Shown piece by piece: positions 13,646-24,800 of a DNA stretch of 64,000 nucleotides. Origin of the DNA: Azolla caroliniana. Its lineage: Eukaryota > Plantae > Polypodiophyta. The stretch spans positions 1,860,001 to 1,924,000 of the forward strand of contig JBHGNT010000018.1 of the NCBI GenBank assembly GCA_043228905.1, in the 5' to 3' direction. How positions within the stretch are numbered: the stretch's first letter is position 1; each line of letters starts with the position of its first letter. The translations under genes and the position numbers were made by a program. Below the pieces are notes generated by a model. It made no database searches. It was not told the DNA's origin and saw only the letters and a list, made by a program, of their open reading frames with translations.

Positions 13646-13943
13646 GGACATTCGTGTTTGTGTTATCGTCCCCTTGTGCGTTTATGTTGCGTGCTCATCT
13701 TTCTTGTACCCGTTTGGTCACTTGGCTCGTGCAGTGATCTCGGAAGGTCGACGAGTCATGATCAACGAGAGCCACCGGCCTCACAAAACAAAGGGCAACG
13801 AGACCTTGCTCGGGAAGGGGTCAGGAAGTAGTATTGTCGTAAAGCAAACCTCGGGTCTTCTCTATCCCTTGAGTACTCCCTAGTCCAAGACCCCCGTGGT
13901 CCTGCCCAAGTAACACACGTGTGCGAAACTTCGCGACATAAAT

Positions 13944-13961
13944 TGGTGAACCCGACGTGAA
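13944..13961 (+). promoter_or_regulatory. Primer-binding site complementary to the 3' end of tRNA-Trp
   Basis: TGGTGAACCCGACGTGAA is the reverse complement of the plant cytosolic tRNA-Trp 3' end (...UUCACGUCGGGUUCACCA, from recall) and lies 5 nt after the LTR end. Confidence 0.85.
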
Positions 13962-13983
13962 AGGGCGGCAAGGGAGAACCAAG

Positions 13984-16134
13984 ATGCGAGGAGGAGAACT
14001 CGCTGAAGCGATGGCAGCGGCGGTGGACCGCTTGGTAAATGCCCGAGAAGGCATCACCGGCCTAGACTGGGCCATAGAGACGGTGGTTAGCACAATGGGT
14101 CGGTTCAATGGAAGAGATATCACGAGCTACTTGGATGCCTATAAGGCCGAAATGCTTATGTGAAATGTCCCTGAAGATAGGCAGCTAATCGGATTCGCTA
14201 GAGTGGTAACGCCGAGTATCCACGCAGAGGTACTCGAGATCCAAGCGGACTATTGCAATTGGGTGGAGTTCAAAGAAAGACTCCTCGAGAAGTACGGCCT
14301 TGATGACTCACTCAGAATTTCGAAAAGGGATCTAATGGAGTGGGTTGAGCTTCATGGCAAGGGGAGAAATACTATGGTACTTTTACAAGAATTTGAGAAG
14401 CGCTTCGCGCGACTCTCGATGCTCGATAGGATGGTGCTTGACACAAGCAAGGTCCTACTATTCATAAAGACTGTTGATGCACGAGACCAAGAGAAGGTGG
14501 GGTCCCTCCTTGAAACTGATGATGGGCTCACGACGGATTGGGCTTTGGTAAAACGGGTTTGTAGCCGCTTCGATAAGAGAAGGGAATGGAAGGATGGGTC
14601 TCCATTGAGCGGCCAAACATCCACAGGCTCCATTAGTGAGACACACGAACCTAGGGGTGGTAGAATACCTCAAGAAAGAGAGCAAGCAAATGCAAGGTTC
14701 ATCCCTGAGAGAAACGTGGTTGAAGCACCATCGGGAGGGTCGGCAATAGACGAGCTCACAAAGATGGTGCGAGATCTCCAAATAGTGCAAGCTAGGAGAG
14801 AGAGTGGCGGCCCTCAAGATCGACGTCCCCCATTTGCGCAAATATGTATGTGGTGCGACAACCCCGACCACCTACAAAGGGAGTGTGGAGACTTTCAAGA
14901 GGCCCTAAGAAAGGATATTGTCTATCTTTGGAACAATAGGGTCTATTCGACGGAGACAAGGCGCCCCTTGGGATTGAATCAAGGCCGAGGGGGCATGAGA
15001 AGGCTAATGGAGGAGGCCGAAGCACGACATGTTGAAGCCGTCCACTACTCGGCGTCGGCTGGGAGCCGAGTGGGGAAAGAGGTGAGGAGGCAAGAGGAGA
15101 AAGAGTTTGACTTTTGGCCGTCAATCCTTGGAAGCCTCTCTAAGGGGAAGTTCAAAAGAGAAGAAGCGGACGAAGCGGAAAGAAGGGTCCAAGAAGCAAC
15201 CGGGTGGAAGGATCCGGTGGAAGAAAAGACAGGCTTAGTGGAAGCTGCTTGCCAAAACTACGAAGTAATGGTAGAAGAGAAGAAGGTAGGAAATGACGAG
15301 GGAATCGGTCCATCAAGGAAATACGACGCTCGAGGTGCACGAAGAAGGGAAGAGCCGAACCAGTCTCGAGCACACGACGAAAGATGGAAAGAGAAGGGGA
15401 ACCCCCCCAACTTCAAGCTTTGCTCGGAGATCGAACAATCAATGGACTTGAAGAAGGTAGTGGAGGAGAGGATCCTCGATAGTCGCGTAGAGTTTACTCT
15501 GCGAGAGGTCCTCGGAATTACCAAGAAAGAATTCCACGAGGTCATCATCAACCTAATGAAGAGGAAGCGGCTCTCAACGGAGCAAGAAGTGGCAAAACCT
15601 GCGATTGTAAATGCATTGTCAACTGAGGTCCCCGAGGAAGACGAAGACTATGCGGACAGTCACTACACGAGGCCACATTGGGCGAGAGCGACAACGGAGA
15701 CACCGGTACGGGCCGGAGATGTAAAAGAGCCGATGGTAGCATTGATCGACCATGGCTCTGAGATCAACCTTATGTCCATGGACTTTTATAAAAAGGGAAA
15801 GTGGCCGATCAACACGAAGCACGGGTGGAAGATTAGAGCGGCGACCCGAGCAACCGAGGAGCTATACGGGGCTTGCCCGAATGTACGTGTGAAGGTGGGG
15901 GACGTAGAAATAGATCAACATTTCTTTGTTCAAGAGACGTCCTCGCACCCGGTCATCTTGGGTGAACCATACATCACGACGGCTCGCATGGAGACAAAGG
16001 TGCTAGACAACAGGTCGGCATATGCGAGGGTCAAGAGCCAAGACGGGAAGCATTTAGTCCAATTCCTTACAGTGAGGCCCAACCATGAGCGCAATCGAGC
16101 CTCCCTCAAAGGGGATAGCCGAGAGGATTTTTGA
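13984..16134 (+). pseudogene. gag: gag-protease ORF of gypsy copy 1 (one premature TGA at 14161)
   Basis: CMWCDNPDHLQREC zinc knuckle and aspartic protease motifs ALIDHGSEINLM and VILGEP. The ORF ends REDF* at the slippery site. Confidence 0.85.
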
Positions 16135-16187
16135 TTCGGGCTATTAAAGAGTGGGGCCGCAATAGCCCGAGGCAAACTAAGACCCTA
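16125..16187 (+). promoter_or_regulatory. Predicted -1 ribosomal frameshift signal (G_GAU_UUU, stop codon, stem-loop/pseudoknot)
   Basis: Heptamer at 16125-16131, TGA at 16132-16134, 6-nt spacer, stem GGGCTATT/AATAGCCC. pol is in the -1 frame. The signal recurs in copies 2 and 3. Confidence 0.75.
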
Positions 16188-19100
16188 AACCCTTGTAAAA
16201 CTATTAAATGGAATAGGAAACAATTTTGGTTTTCCGAAAATGGAGCTTGTAAAATTACTAGTTTAAGTGATAGAGATAAGTCTAGGTCCAAGAGATACGA
16301 AAGGTATCTCAAACAATGTAATTTATTGGGGTAAGATGACACCATAAGCGGCGCCATGGAGGCGGTCTCGTTCGACGACACTCTCAGAGAGATGGAGAGG
16401 GTAGTCGTTTCGGGCCTCAATGAAGACAAGGTAATTCCAGTCAACTCAGTTGACATGTACACCGCCATTGAAGAGCTTGGGCGGTTGATTGAGGAAGCGA
16501 GGACGGTCAAGGTGCAAACAAAGTACAAGACTGTGGACAAGAAGGTGAAGCCTGTGGCTGCCGCATTGCCTAACGATAGTTGGGATCGGATAAAGAGGGT
16601 AGCGGATGATCTTAGCTTGTGGGACCCACGAGGCATAGGGTACCGGTTCACCGACGAGACGCGACAGAAGCTCCGGATTGGTGGGGGTGGCTTCCTATTG
16701 CCTAGGGAGGAGGAAAGATTTAGAAGGATGATCGAAAGCCACGGAAGGGCTTTCGCCTTCTTGTCGGGTGAGATAGGGTGTGTAAACCCTAAGATCGTGG
16801 AGCCAATGGTGATCTTTACGGTGCCACATGTACCGTGGAACATCAAGCCAATCCCCGTTCCGAGAGCTCACATCCCGAAGTTGATTGAGCTACTCAAGGA
16901 AAAGATCGAGATGGGTATCCTCGAGCCATCAAGCGCCCCATACTCGAATCGGTGGTTCACTGTGCCAAAGAAGAACGACACATTATGCTTCATCAAGGAC
17001 CTACAACTTGTTAATCAAGTGACAATTCGAAATGCTGGGGTTGGACCGAGCGTTGACGAATTCGCCGAGGCCTTTGCTGGAAGGTCTATTTATTCAATCG
17101 GTGATCTATACTCGGGGTATGATCAATTCCAACTAGCTGTGGAGAGTAGGGACATCACGACAATGCGGACCCCTATCGGCCTAGTGCGAATGTGTACCTT
17201 GCCACAAGGAGGCACTAACTCTGTAGCCCACATGGTAAATGCAATGAACAAGGTATTGAGAGATGAAACCTTGGACGAGGATGGGTGCAAACGTTTTGTG
17301 GCATATCACATCTCTGATTGCGAGAAGGTTCTACAAAGACTCTAAGATGCACGCTTGACCTTCTCGGGTGAGAAATCGGCATTCGGCCAACCAGAGATCC
17401 TTGTGGTGGGACACTTGTGCAGGGCGTACAGACGGAAGCCATCCCCGACAAAGGTGGACGCCATCACAGACATGAGAGAAGAATGTAAATCGCAAACAGA
17501 GGTGAGGCGATTTCTTGGTGCATGTGCATTCTACCACATCTGGATCCCGCACTATGCTCACCTAGCCGAGCCCTTGTATGGGCTACTCAAGAAGGGGCGG
17601 AAGTTCAAGTGGGAGGAAGAGCACACAGAGGCAATGAAGAGGCTCAAAGGAATGTTGGTAGCGGCACCAGCTTTACGAAAAGTCGTATACAAGGAAGGGG
17701 TGCCCATCTACGTGACGGTAGATACGAGTCCAACAGGGATCGGATGGGTCATCAACCAAGAAGGAGGGGATGGTACATGCTATGCCATCCGGTTCGGAGC
17801 CAAGGTCTTAAGCGAGCGACAACGAGGATACGCCCAAGTAAAACATGAGCTTTGGGGTATTGTGTCCGCAGTGAAGGCGGATAAAGATTACCTAATTGGG
17901 TCAGAGGTGGTAATAGAGACGGATTGCCTTCCAATCCTAGGGGTGGTTTCGGGGTGTGCAACACTTGACCTAGCTATGCTAAGATGGATTGCTTACATCA
18001 AATCAATGAACCCGGAGATTCACCACATTTCAGGGAAGAACAATGCAATGGAAGATATGCTATCGAGGGCAAGGTTCGAGGGCGAAAGCGACATGGTGTC
18101 TGAAGATGAGGATGTCGCTCTTGACTTCTTTAAGACGGCCCAAGCGTCTATAGATGATCGAGATGTGCGAGTGCTCCACGCCTTCAACGAAAGTGAATAC
18201 GAAGGGGAGTGGCTACACATTGGCAAATTCTTAAGCTCAATGACGGTGGATAGTTCATGGTCGAAGTAGGAAGCATAGAGAGTCCGAAAGAAAGCATACA
18301 AGTACTTCCTACGAGGGGGATTCCTCTGGAGGCACCCAAAGAGAAGGACGGGGACGCCACAACGAGTGGTCATAAAGGAAGAAGACCAGACAACATTGGT
18401 GACTGAGTTTCACGAGAGTCCTTGGGCGGGCCATAGAGGAACGTGGGCAACATGAGAAGTTAAAGGAGAAGTATTGGTGGCTGGGAATGTACAAGGATGT
18501 CGCCCATTTCGTGTGGACGTGTGAAAGCTGCCAGATACACTCCAACATATGCCATAGGGACGAGTTGCACCCGACCTACCCACTCACCATACACTTCAAA
18601 TGGATGGTGGATTTGGTTTCGATGCCGATGGGAGTGGGCCAAATGAAATATTTGGTGCTAGCAAGAGAAGACCTAACAAACCAAGTAGAAGGGCGAGCCT
18701 TAGCAAACAAAACGACGGTGGGGGTGTGTAAATTCTTACTCGAGGATGTCATCTGCCGGTATGGATGTGTGGGAAAGATAGTGGCCGACAAAGGAGAGCT
18801 GAATGCTCACGAAGCTACAGAGCTCTTTGACCGACTTGGAGTGAAGCTCTCTCTCACGACCGCTTATAACCCGGAGGCTAATGGAAAGATAGAACGCGGA
18901 CACAAGCGTATCGTAAAAGCCATTGTACGAGCTTGTGATGGGCGAGTCGGGAATTGGCCTCAGTTACTACCTTATGCCTTGTGGGCCGATAGAACAACTC
19001 ATAGCTCAGTTATAGGTTTCATGCTAGCTGAACTCATGTACGGACAAAAGCCGGTGATGCCCATTGAAGACACGATCGCTTCATGGGTAGTGATGCCGTG

Positions 19101-19557
19101 GGAAAACGAGATGAGTCGAGAAGAGCTTCTAGCCACAAGGATAAGACAACTTGAGAGAAGACCCGAAGACTTTGAGTTGGCAAAGGAGAGGTTAGAAGTG
19201 GCTAGGCTAAGTAACAAAGCCCGATTCGACAAGACACACCGACTACGCCCTCGGAAGATCGAAGAAGGGGACTAGGTGATTGTATATGATAGTAGTCTCG
19301 ACAATCAACATAGCTCGATGCGGAAATTCGCAAAGCAATGGTTCGGGCCGTACGTGGTAACAAGTGCAAACGATAATGCTACCTACCATCTCGCTAAACT
19401 CGATGGGACTAAGCTGGTTGTACCAATAGCCAGGAAGCGGGTCAAAATCTTCAAAAAGCGACACGACAAGGAGCCAAACCTCGATGACCTTGACGAAGAT
19501 AAAGGCGAGCAAACAACAAGCCACGGGGTCAATGAGGAGGAGGAAATGAACTATTGA
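16131..19557 (+). pseudogene. pol: pol (RT-RNaseH-integrase) of gypsy copy 1, disrupted
   Basis: RT PSSAPYSNRWFTVPKK...LPQGGTNS with the catalytic xxDD segment deleted; RNaseH VTVDTS...ETDCLP; integrase GHRG...CESCQ...WMVDLV...YNPEANGKIERG...WFGPY. Several stops and one frameshift. Confidence 0.88.
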
Positions 19558-20832
19558 CCACCCTCAACCCGCCATTCTTGGCACATACCGGAGGATGTGC
19601 GGTTTGGTGGGGGTGGATGTCGTGATGTGGCGTGCTCGAGGGTGGGAAAAACCGGCGAAAGGGGGGGCCAAAATGTGCATGTGCGATGTGTGTGCACACA
19701 AAGGCGATTAATTGTGCATATGCAAAATAAAAAGGAAAAGAAAGGGTAGAAAGGAGGTATAGAAGCTCGTGCAAAAAGTAAGAGAGAGGAGAGATAAAAG
19801 GTAGAGGGGAGACAATATATTAATTTATAGAGATAGAATTATATATTATATAAGAGAGAGTTAGTGGGCTAGTGGATAGTCACATTGACTACTAGCTAGA
19901 GGTGCGTTGTTCGAATCTAGTCTTACAATGCAACGTGATTTAAGAAATTTTATTCCTTTTTCATTGAAGACAAATTTGGCGACCCCCCCTTCTTTTTTTC
20001 CTATAAAAGGAGGTCGAGGGGGGCTCATTCGGGAGGACGTTTTGGGAGGAGGAGACTATCGCCAATTTTCCTTCAAAGCTCTTCATCTCCTTATTCACCA
20101 CTTCTCTTCATCTCATACCCCTTCATCCCCCTATCGCCACGTGCTCGTCTTCTTCGCGTCGGCACTCGAACTGCTCGTGAGCCCAAGCTTCGTTGGTTCG
20201 ACGTTGCTCCGCCCCGTTCGTCGTTGTGAGCCCGTGTGCTCGCCGTTCGGGTGGTCGTGGTTCGTTGGGATTGACATTTTGATGGTGCTCGTGTGTTCAT
20301 CTTCGCCGTGTTCAGATTTGCTTTTGTCTCTAAGGGCATTTAATATTTATGTTTTGATTGAGCTTGTGGTTAACTATAAGTTGCCATTGTAAACAAAACC
20401 CTATTTTATAAAGGGTCCTCTTGCGTTGGAATCGAACACGTATTTATCTCTTTGGTTGATATCATTCGTGTTTCTTTCTCTCTTTCTTTCTTTATTCGTG
20501 TCTTCCTTGTACGTTCGGCCATCTTGTGACGAGGGGATTGTTCGGGCTTGCCCATGCACCTCTCCTCCTCATAAAGGCGTACGAGCATTTTGTGCATGTG
20601 TTTGTGTCTTTCTTGTACGTTCCACAGTCTTGTGACGAGGGGACCGTTCGGGCTTGCCGATGCACCTCTCCTCCTCATAAAGGCGTACGAGCATTTTGTG
20701 CGTGTGTTTGTGTCTTTCTTGTACATTCGGTCGTCTTGTGACGAGGGGACCGTTCGTGCTTGCCCATGCACCTCTCCTGCTCATAAAGGCGTACGAGCAT
20801 TTGTGTGTGTTTTGTGTCTTCCTCGTATGTTT

Positions 20833-21648
20833 TGTTGGGAGATAGGTCCCTCCGGATGGGAAGGGAGAAGAACAGTGCTGATGAACAAACTCGGCCGAGG
20901 CCGAAATCGTATGAGGAGTACCCGGCTACGGAGAGCCGGATGATGCAGACCTGGTGAAAACCGGATGAGGAGTACATGGCTACGGAGAGCCGGATGGTGC
21001 AGACCCAGTGAGAACCGAATGAGGAGTACCCGGCTTCGGAGAGCCGGATGGTGCAGACCCGATGAGGACCGGATGAGGAGTACCCGGCTACGGAGAGCCG
21101 GATGGTGCAGACCCGACGAGGACCGGATTAGGAGTACCCGGCTACGGAGAGCCGGATGGTGCAGACCCGGTGAGGAATGCTCACTGGATGAAGAGACATA
21201 TTCGTAAATATGTTTCTGAGAGTCCATCGAGGCTATATTTGTAAATAGCTGAAAAGTCATATTAGTATAAATATGACTTAGGGCAAACTTTTAGTTACTG
21301 TTGTTATTATTTCTTGTTTGCGTGAGATCAGAGCGCGTAACAGTGTACAGAGAGAGAGAGAGAGAGAGAGAGAAAGAGGTCGTTGCCTCTGTTGTAACCG
21401 CCGCTTGTGGCGAAGATCGTGAGCACGAGGTCGTTGCCTCCGTGAACTCACTGCTGTACATACTAACCTAGTGATAGTTTGCAGCCTGTGGGCTGCCGTG
21501 GTTTTTCCCTAGTTTGGGGTTTTCCACGTTAAACATCCTGCGTACTCTTCTCTTCCATTGTGTCGTTCTTTATTTCCCGTTCTCTGTGTATGATTCTAAG
21601 CTCGGTTGTGGCTGAGCGTTGCGTATAAGGAGCGTACAGTTCCCGACA
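20833..21648 (+). mobile_element. Copia-type solo LTR (816 bp) related to the LTRs of the 46226-51714 element
   Basis: TGTTGGGA...TCCCGACA termini; TSD TGTTT/CATTT, both derived from CGTTT; shares GGTCCCTCCGGATGGGA and ATATGACTTAGGGCAAAC blocks with that family. Confidence 0.88.
20908..21173 (+). repeat. 54-bp tandem repeats (about 5 units) in the solo-LTR U3 region
   Basis: Repeated unit ATGAGGAGTACCCGGCTACGGAGAGCCGGATGGTGCAGACCCG(A/G)TGAG(G/A)ACCGG. Confidence 0.9.
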
Positions 21649-21877
21649 CATTTGGCCGTCTTGTGACAAGGGGATCGTTTTGGCTTGCCCATGCACCTCT
21701 CCTTCTCATAAAGGCGTACAAGCATTTTGTGCACGTGTTTGCTGTCTTCCTCGTACGTTCGACATCTTGTGACAAGGGAGCGTTCGGGCGTGCCCATGCA
21801 CCTCTCCTCCTCATAAAGACGTACGGACATTCGTGTTTGCGTGGTCGTCCCCTTGTGCGTTCATGTTGCGTGCTCAT

Positions 21878-24800
21878 AAACACGACATGCAGAGGCCGTT
21901 AACTACTCAGCGTTGACGGAAATTCGGGTCGGGGGTGATGAGGCTCGGAAAGCGAAGGATTCTGGATTCTGGCTGCTGGTGCTAGAGGGTCTCTCAGGAG
22001 TACGACTGAAGAAGGAAGAGGCACATTGTGCGGAACAACGGATCCGGGAGGTCACTGGATGGGACGACTCGGTGGAAGAAAAGATTGGCTTCGTGGCAAC
22101 CACATGCCAGAACTACAAGGTTCTAGTAGAAGACAAGCACGCAGGAAAGGCTGGAGGGGGCGGCCCCTCGCAACGGTACGAGACCCGATTCGGACCGAAG
22201 CCGAATGAGGCCGCCAACTCTAGCGCACCGGAGAAGAAAAAGTAGGCCGGTTTCCGGCTAAGCACCGAAATCGAACGAACAACGGACATGCGGAAGGTCC
22301 TGGAAGAGAGAGTTCTCGACAACAAGGTCGAGCTGTCGTTACGGGTGGTGCTGGGAATCGCCAAGGAGTTCCATGACTCCATCGTGGACTTGGTGAAGCG
22401 GAAGAAGCTCTCGACGGAGCCGGAACCGGAGAGGCCGGTGGAAGTGCGAACGACGCACTTAGAAGACACGGCCTTAGAGGATGAGTTGGCGGAAAGCCAC
22501 TACGCGAAGCCGCATTTGGCTAGGGCCACTACGGAAACCCTTGTTCGGATCGGCGACGTCCAGGAGCCGGTGGTGGCATTGGTAGATCACGGTTTGGAGA
22601 TCAACCTGATGTCCACGAACTTTTATAAAAAGGGGAAATGGCCAATCAACACCAAGCATGGGTGGAAGATACGCGCGGCGACGCGCGTTATAGAGGAGCT
22701 GCATGGTGCGTGCCCGAACGTACGCGTGAAGGTTGGCGACGTCGAGATAGATCAACATTTCTTCGTGTAGGAGACTTCCTCGCACCCGGTAATTCTCGGT
22801 GAACCGTACATTACGGCAACACGCATGAAGACGAAAGTACTGGACAACGGTTCGGCGTATGCGCGCGTCAAGAGCCAAGACCGTCGGCATTCCATCCAAT
22901 TCATGACAGTGCGACCCAACCACGACCGAAACCGCGAGACGGGGATTTTTAGAGAGGGCTATCAAGGCGTGGGGCCGCGATAGTCCGGACACCCTGGAAG
23001 AACCCCACACATGTATTATAGGTAGGAAATTTTGGCTCTCCGAAAACGGAGGTTGTACGTTAACCGACATCAGTAGCCAGGAGAGGAAGCGAGCGAAGAG
23101 ACGACTTAGGGTGTGTGGAGTCCTCTCCCCCGACGATGAAATTAGCGGCGCCGTGGAGGTGGTCTCTTTTGACAACACCTTGGGTGAATTACGAAAGGTG
23201 GTCGGCGAAGGCCTTAGCGAAGACCGGCCCGTTCCGGTTAGCTCGATGGGAATGTACGAAGTCATCGCAGACTTCGGGGAAAGGATCGGGTCGGATCGAA
23301 CGGGCCGCGTGGATACGAAGTACAAGACCGTGGACCGGAAGGTAAGGCTAGTTGCGGCACCCTTGCGGGAGGGCAGCAGAGAGCGGATAAAATGGGTCGT
23401 GTCAGAACCAAGTTTACAGAATCCAGCCGGCATAGGGCACTAGTTCATCGACATAACGCTACGGGAGCTCAAGGTTGGTGGGGGTGGCTTTCTACTGCAT
23501 GAGGAGGAGGACCGGTTTTAGAGGATGCTTGGAAGGCACGGGAAGGCCTTTGCATTCTCGACGGAGGAGATTAGGTGCATAGACCCGACGATCGTTGAGC
23601 CGATGGTGATCTTCATGGTACCACATGTGCCGTGGAATCTCAAACCGATTCCGGTGCCCAGAGCTCACATCCCGATATTGATGGAGCTACTGAAGCAGAA
23701 GGTGGATATGGGCATCCTCGAACCGTCGAGTGCCCCATACTCGAATTGGTGGTTCACGGTGCCAAAGAAGAATGGCACGTTGAGCTTCATACAGGACCTG
23801 CAACCGATCAACAAGGTGACCATCCGTAACGCGGGAATTGGGCTGACCATAGACGAGTTTGCGGAGGCCTTCGCCGGAAGGTCGATCTATTCGGTCGGTG
23901 ACTTATACTCGAGGTACGACCAATTCCAACTAGTCGTACAGAATAGGGACATCACGACAATGCGGACTCCTCTCGGCTCGGTGCGGATGTGTACCCTACC
24001 GCAAGGAGGAATGAATTCAGTGGCGCACATGGTGAACGCAATGAACAAGGTGCTGAGGGATTGCATCCCGGACATCACTATGCCGATCCTAGACGACGTA
24101 CCGATAAAAGGGTGTTCGGTGGAGGATGCAGACAAAATGGTCGGGCCGGATGGATGCTGGAGGTTTGTCGTGAACCACATCAATGATTGCGATAAGGTGC
24201 TGCAGAGGCTCGAGAACGCGCAACTCACCTTCTCCGGAGAGAAATCAGCATTCAGGCAGACGAAGATCCTGGTAGTCGGACACCTATGCGGGCCCTATGG
24301 CCGGAAACCGTCCTCGGCAAAGGTAGAAGCCATCTTCGTGATGAAGGACGATTGTGGGTCGGTTACGGAGGTCCGAAGATTCTTGGGTGCATGCGCGTTC
24401 TACCACATCTGGATTCCGCACTACGCACATGCTGTGGAACCGCTCTACGGGCTATTGAAGAAAGGGCGTAGGTTCGAGTGGAGGACGGAGCACACGGAGT
24501 CGGTTTGGAGACTGAAGGAGGCGCTTACGACGGCACCGGCTCTCTGGAAAGCGGTTTACGGCAAGGAAGTCCCCATCTACGTGACGTTGGACACGAGCCC
24601 GACCAGGATCGGGTGGGTGATCAGTCAGGAGGACAAGGACGACGTATGGTTCTCAATCCGGTTCGGGGCAAAGGTATTGAGCGAGCGGCAACGAGGATAC
24701 GCCCAAGTTAAGCGCGAGCTATGGGGTATCGTTTCGGTAGTTAAGGCCGACAAAGACTATCCGATCGGGACGGAAGTAATCATCGAGACAGACTGCCTAT

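Larger units (their letters stand above)
13328..21877 (+). mobile_element. Ty3/gypsy LTR retrotransposon copy 1 (tRNA-Trp-primed, fungal-like lineage), decayed; both LTRs truncated at their outer ends
   Basis: 5' LTR remnant ends TCGCGACA at 13938, followed by the PBS, gag-PR and RT-RH-IN in gypsy order. A G-rich PPT (~19602-19617) precedes a 3' LTR starting TGTCGTGA at 19618, which shares the 106-bp repeat array with the 5' LTR. Confidence 0.9.
19618..21877 (+). repeat. 3' LTR of gypsy copy 1, with ~5 units of the 106-bp array (20497-21825), interrupted by a copia-type solo LTR and truncated at 21877
   Basis: Starts TGTCGTGA after the PPT; TATA-like CCTATAAAAGG near 20001; 21654-21877 matches 13476-13698. 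Confidence 0.82.

Noticed and set aside
13944-13961. tRNA-Trp gene
   Set aside because: Only the 18-nt complement including CCA is present, next to an LTR end, so it is a PBS and not a tRNA gene.
20908-21173. CRISPR-like appearance of the regular repeats (also 13328-13645 and 46722-46850)
   Set aside because: Units are head-to-tail with no unique spacers, lie inside LTRs of a eukaryotic genome, and no cas genes are present.
22474-23433. 319-aa antisense ORF and similar antisense ORFs (16106-16846, 59381-60094)
   Set aside because: These are shadows of GC-rich gag/pol coding strands; their boundaries are not conserved between copies and they carry no motifs.
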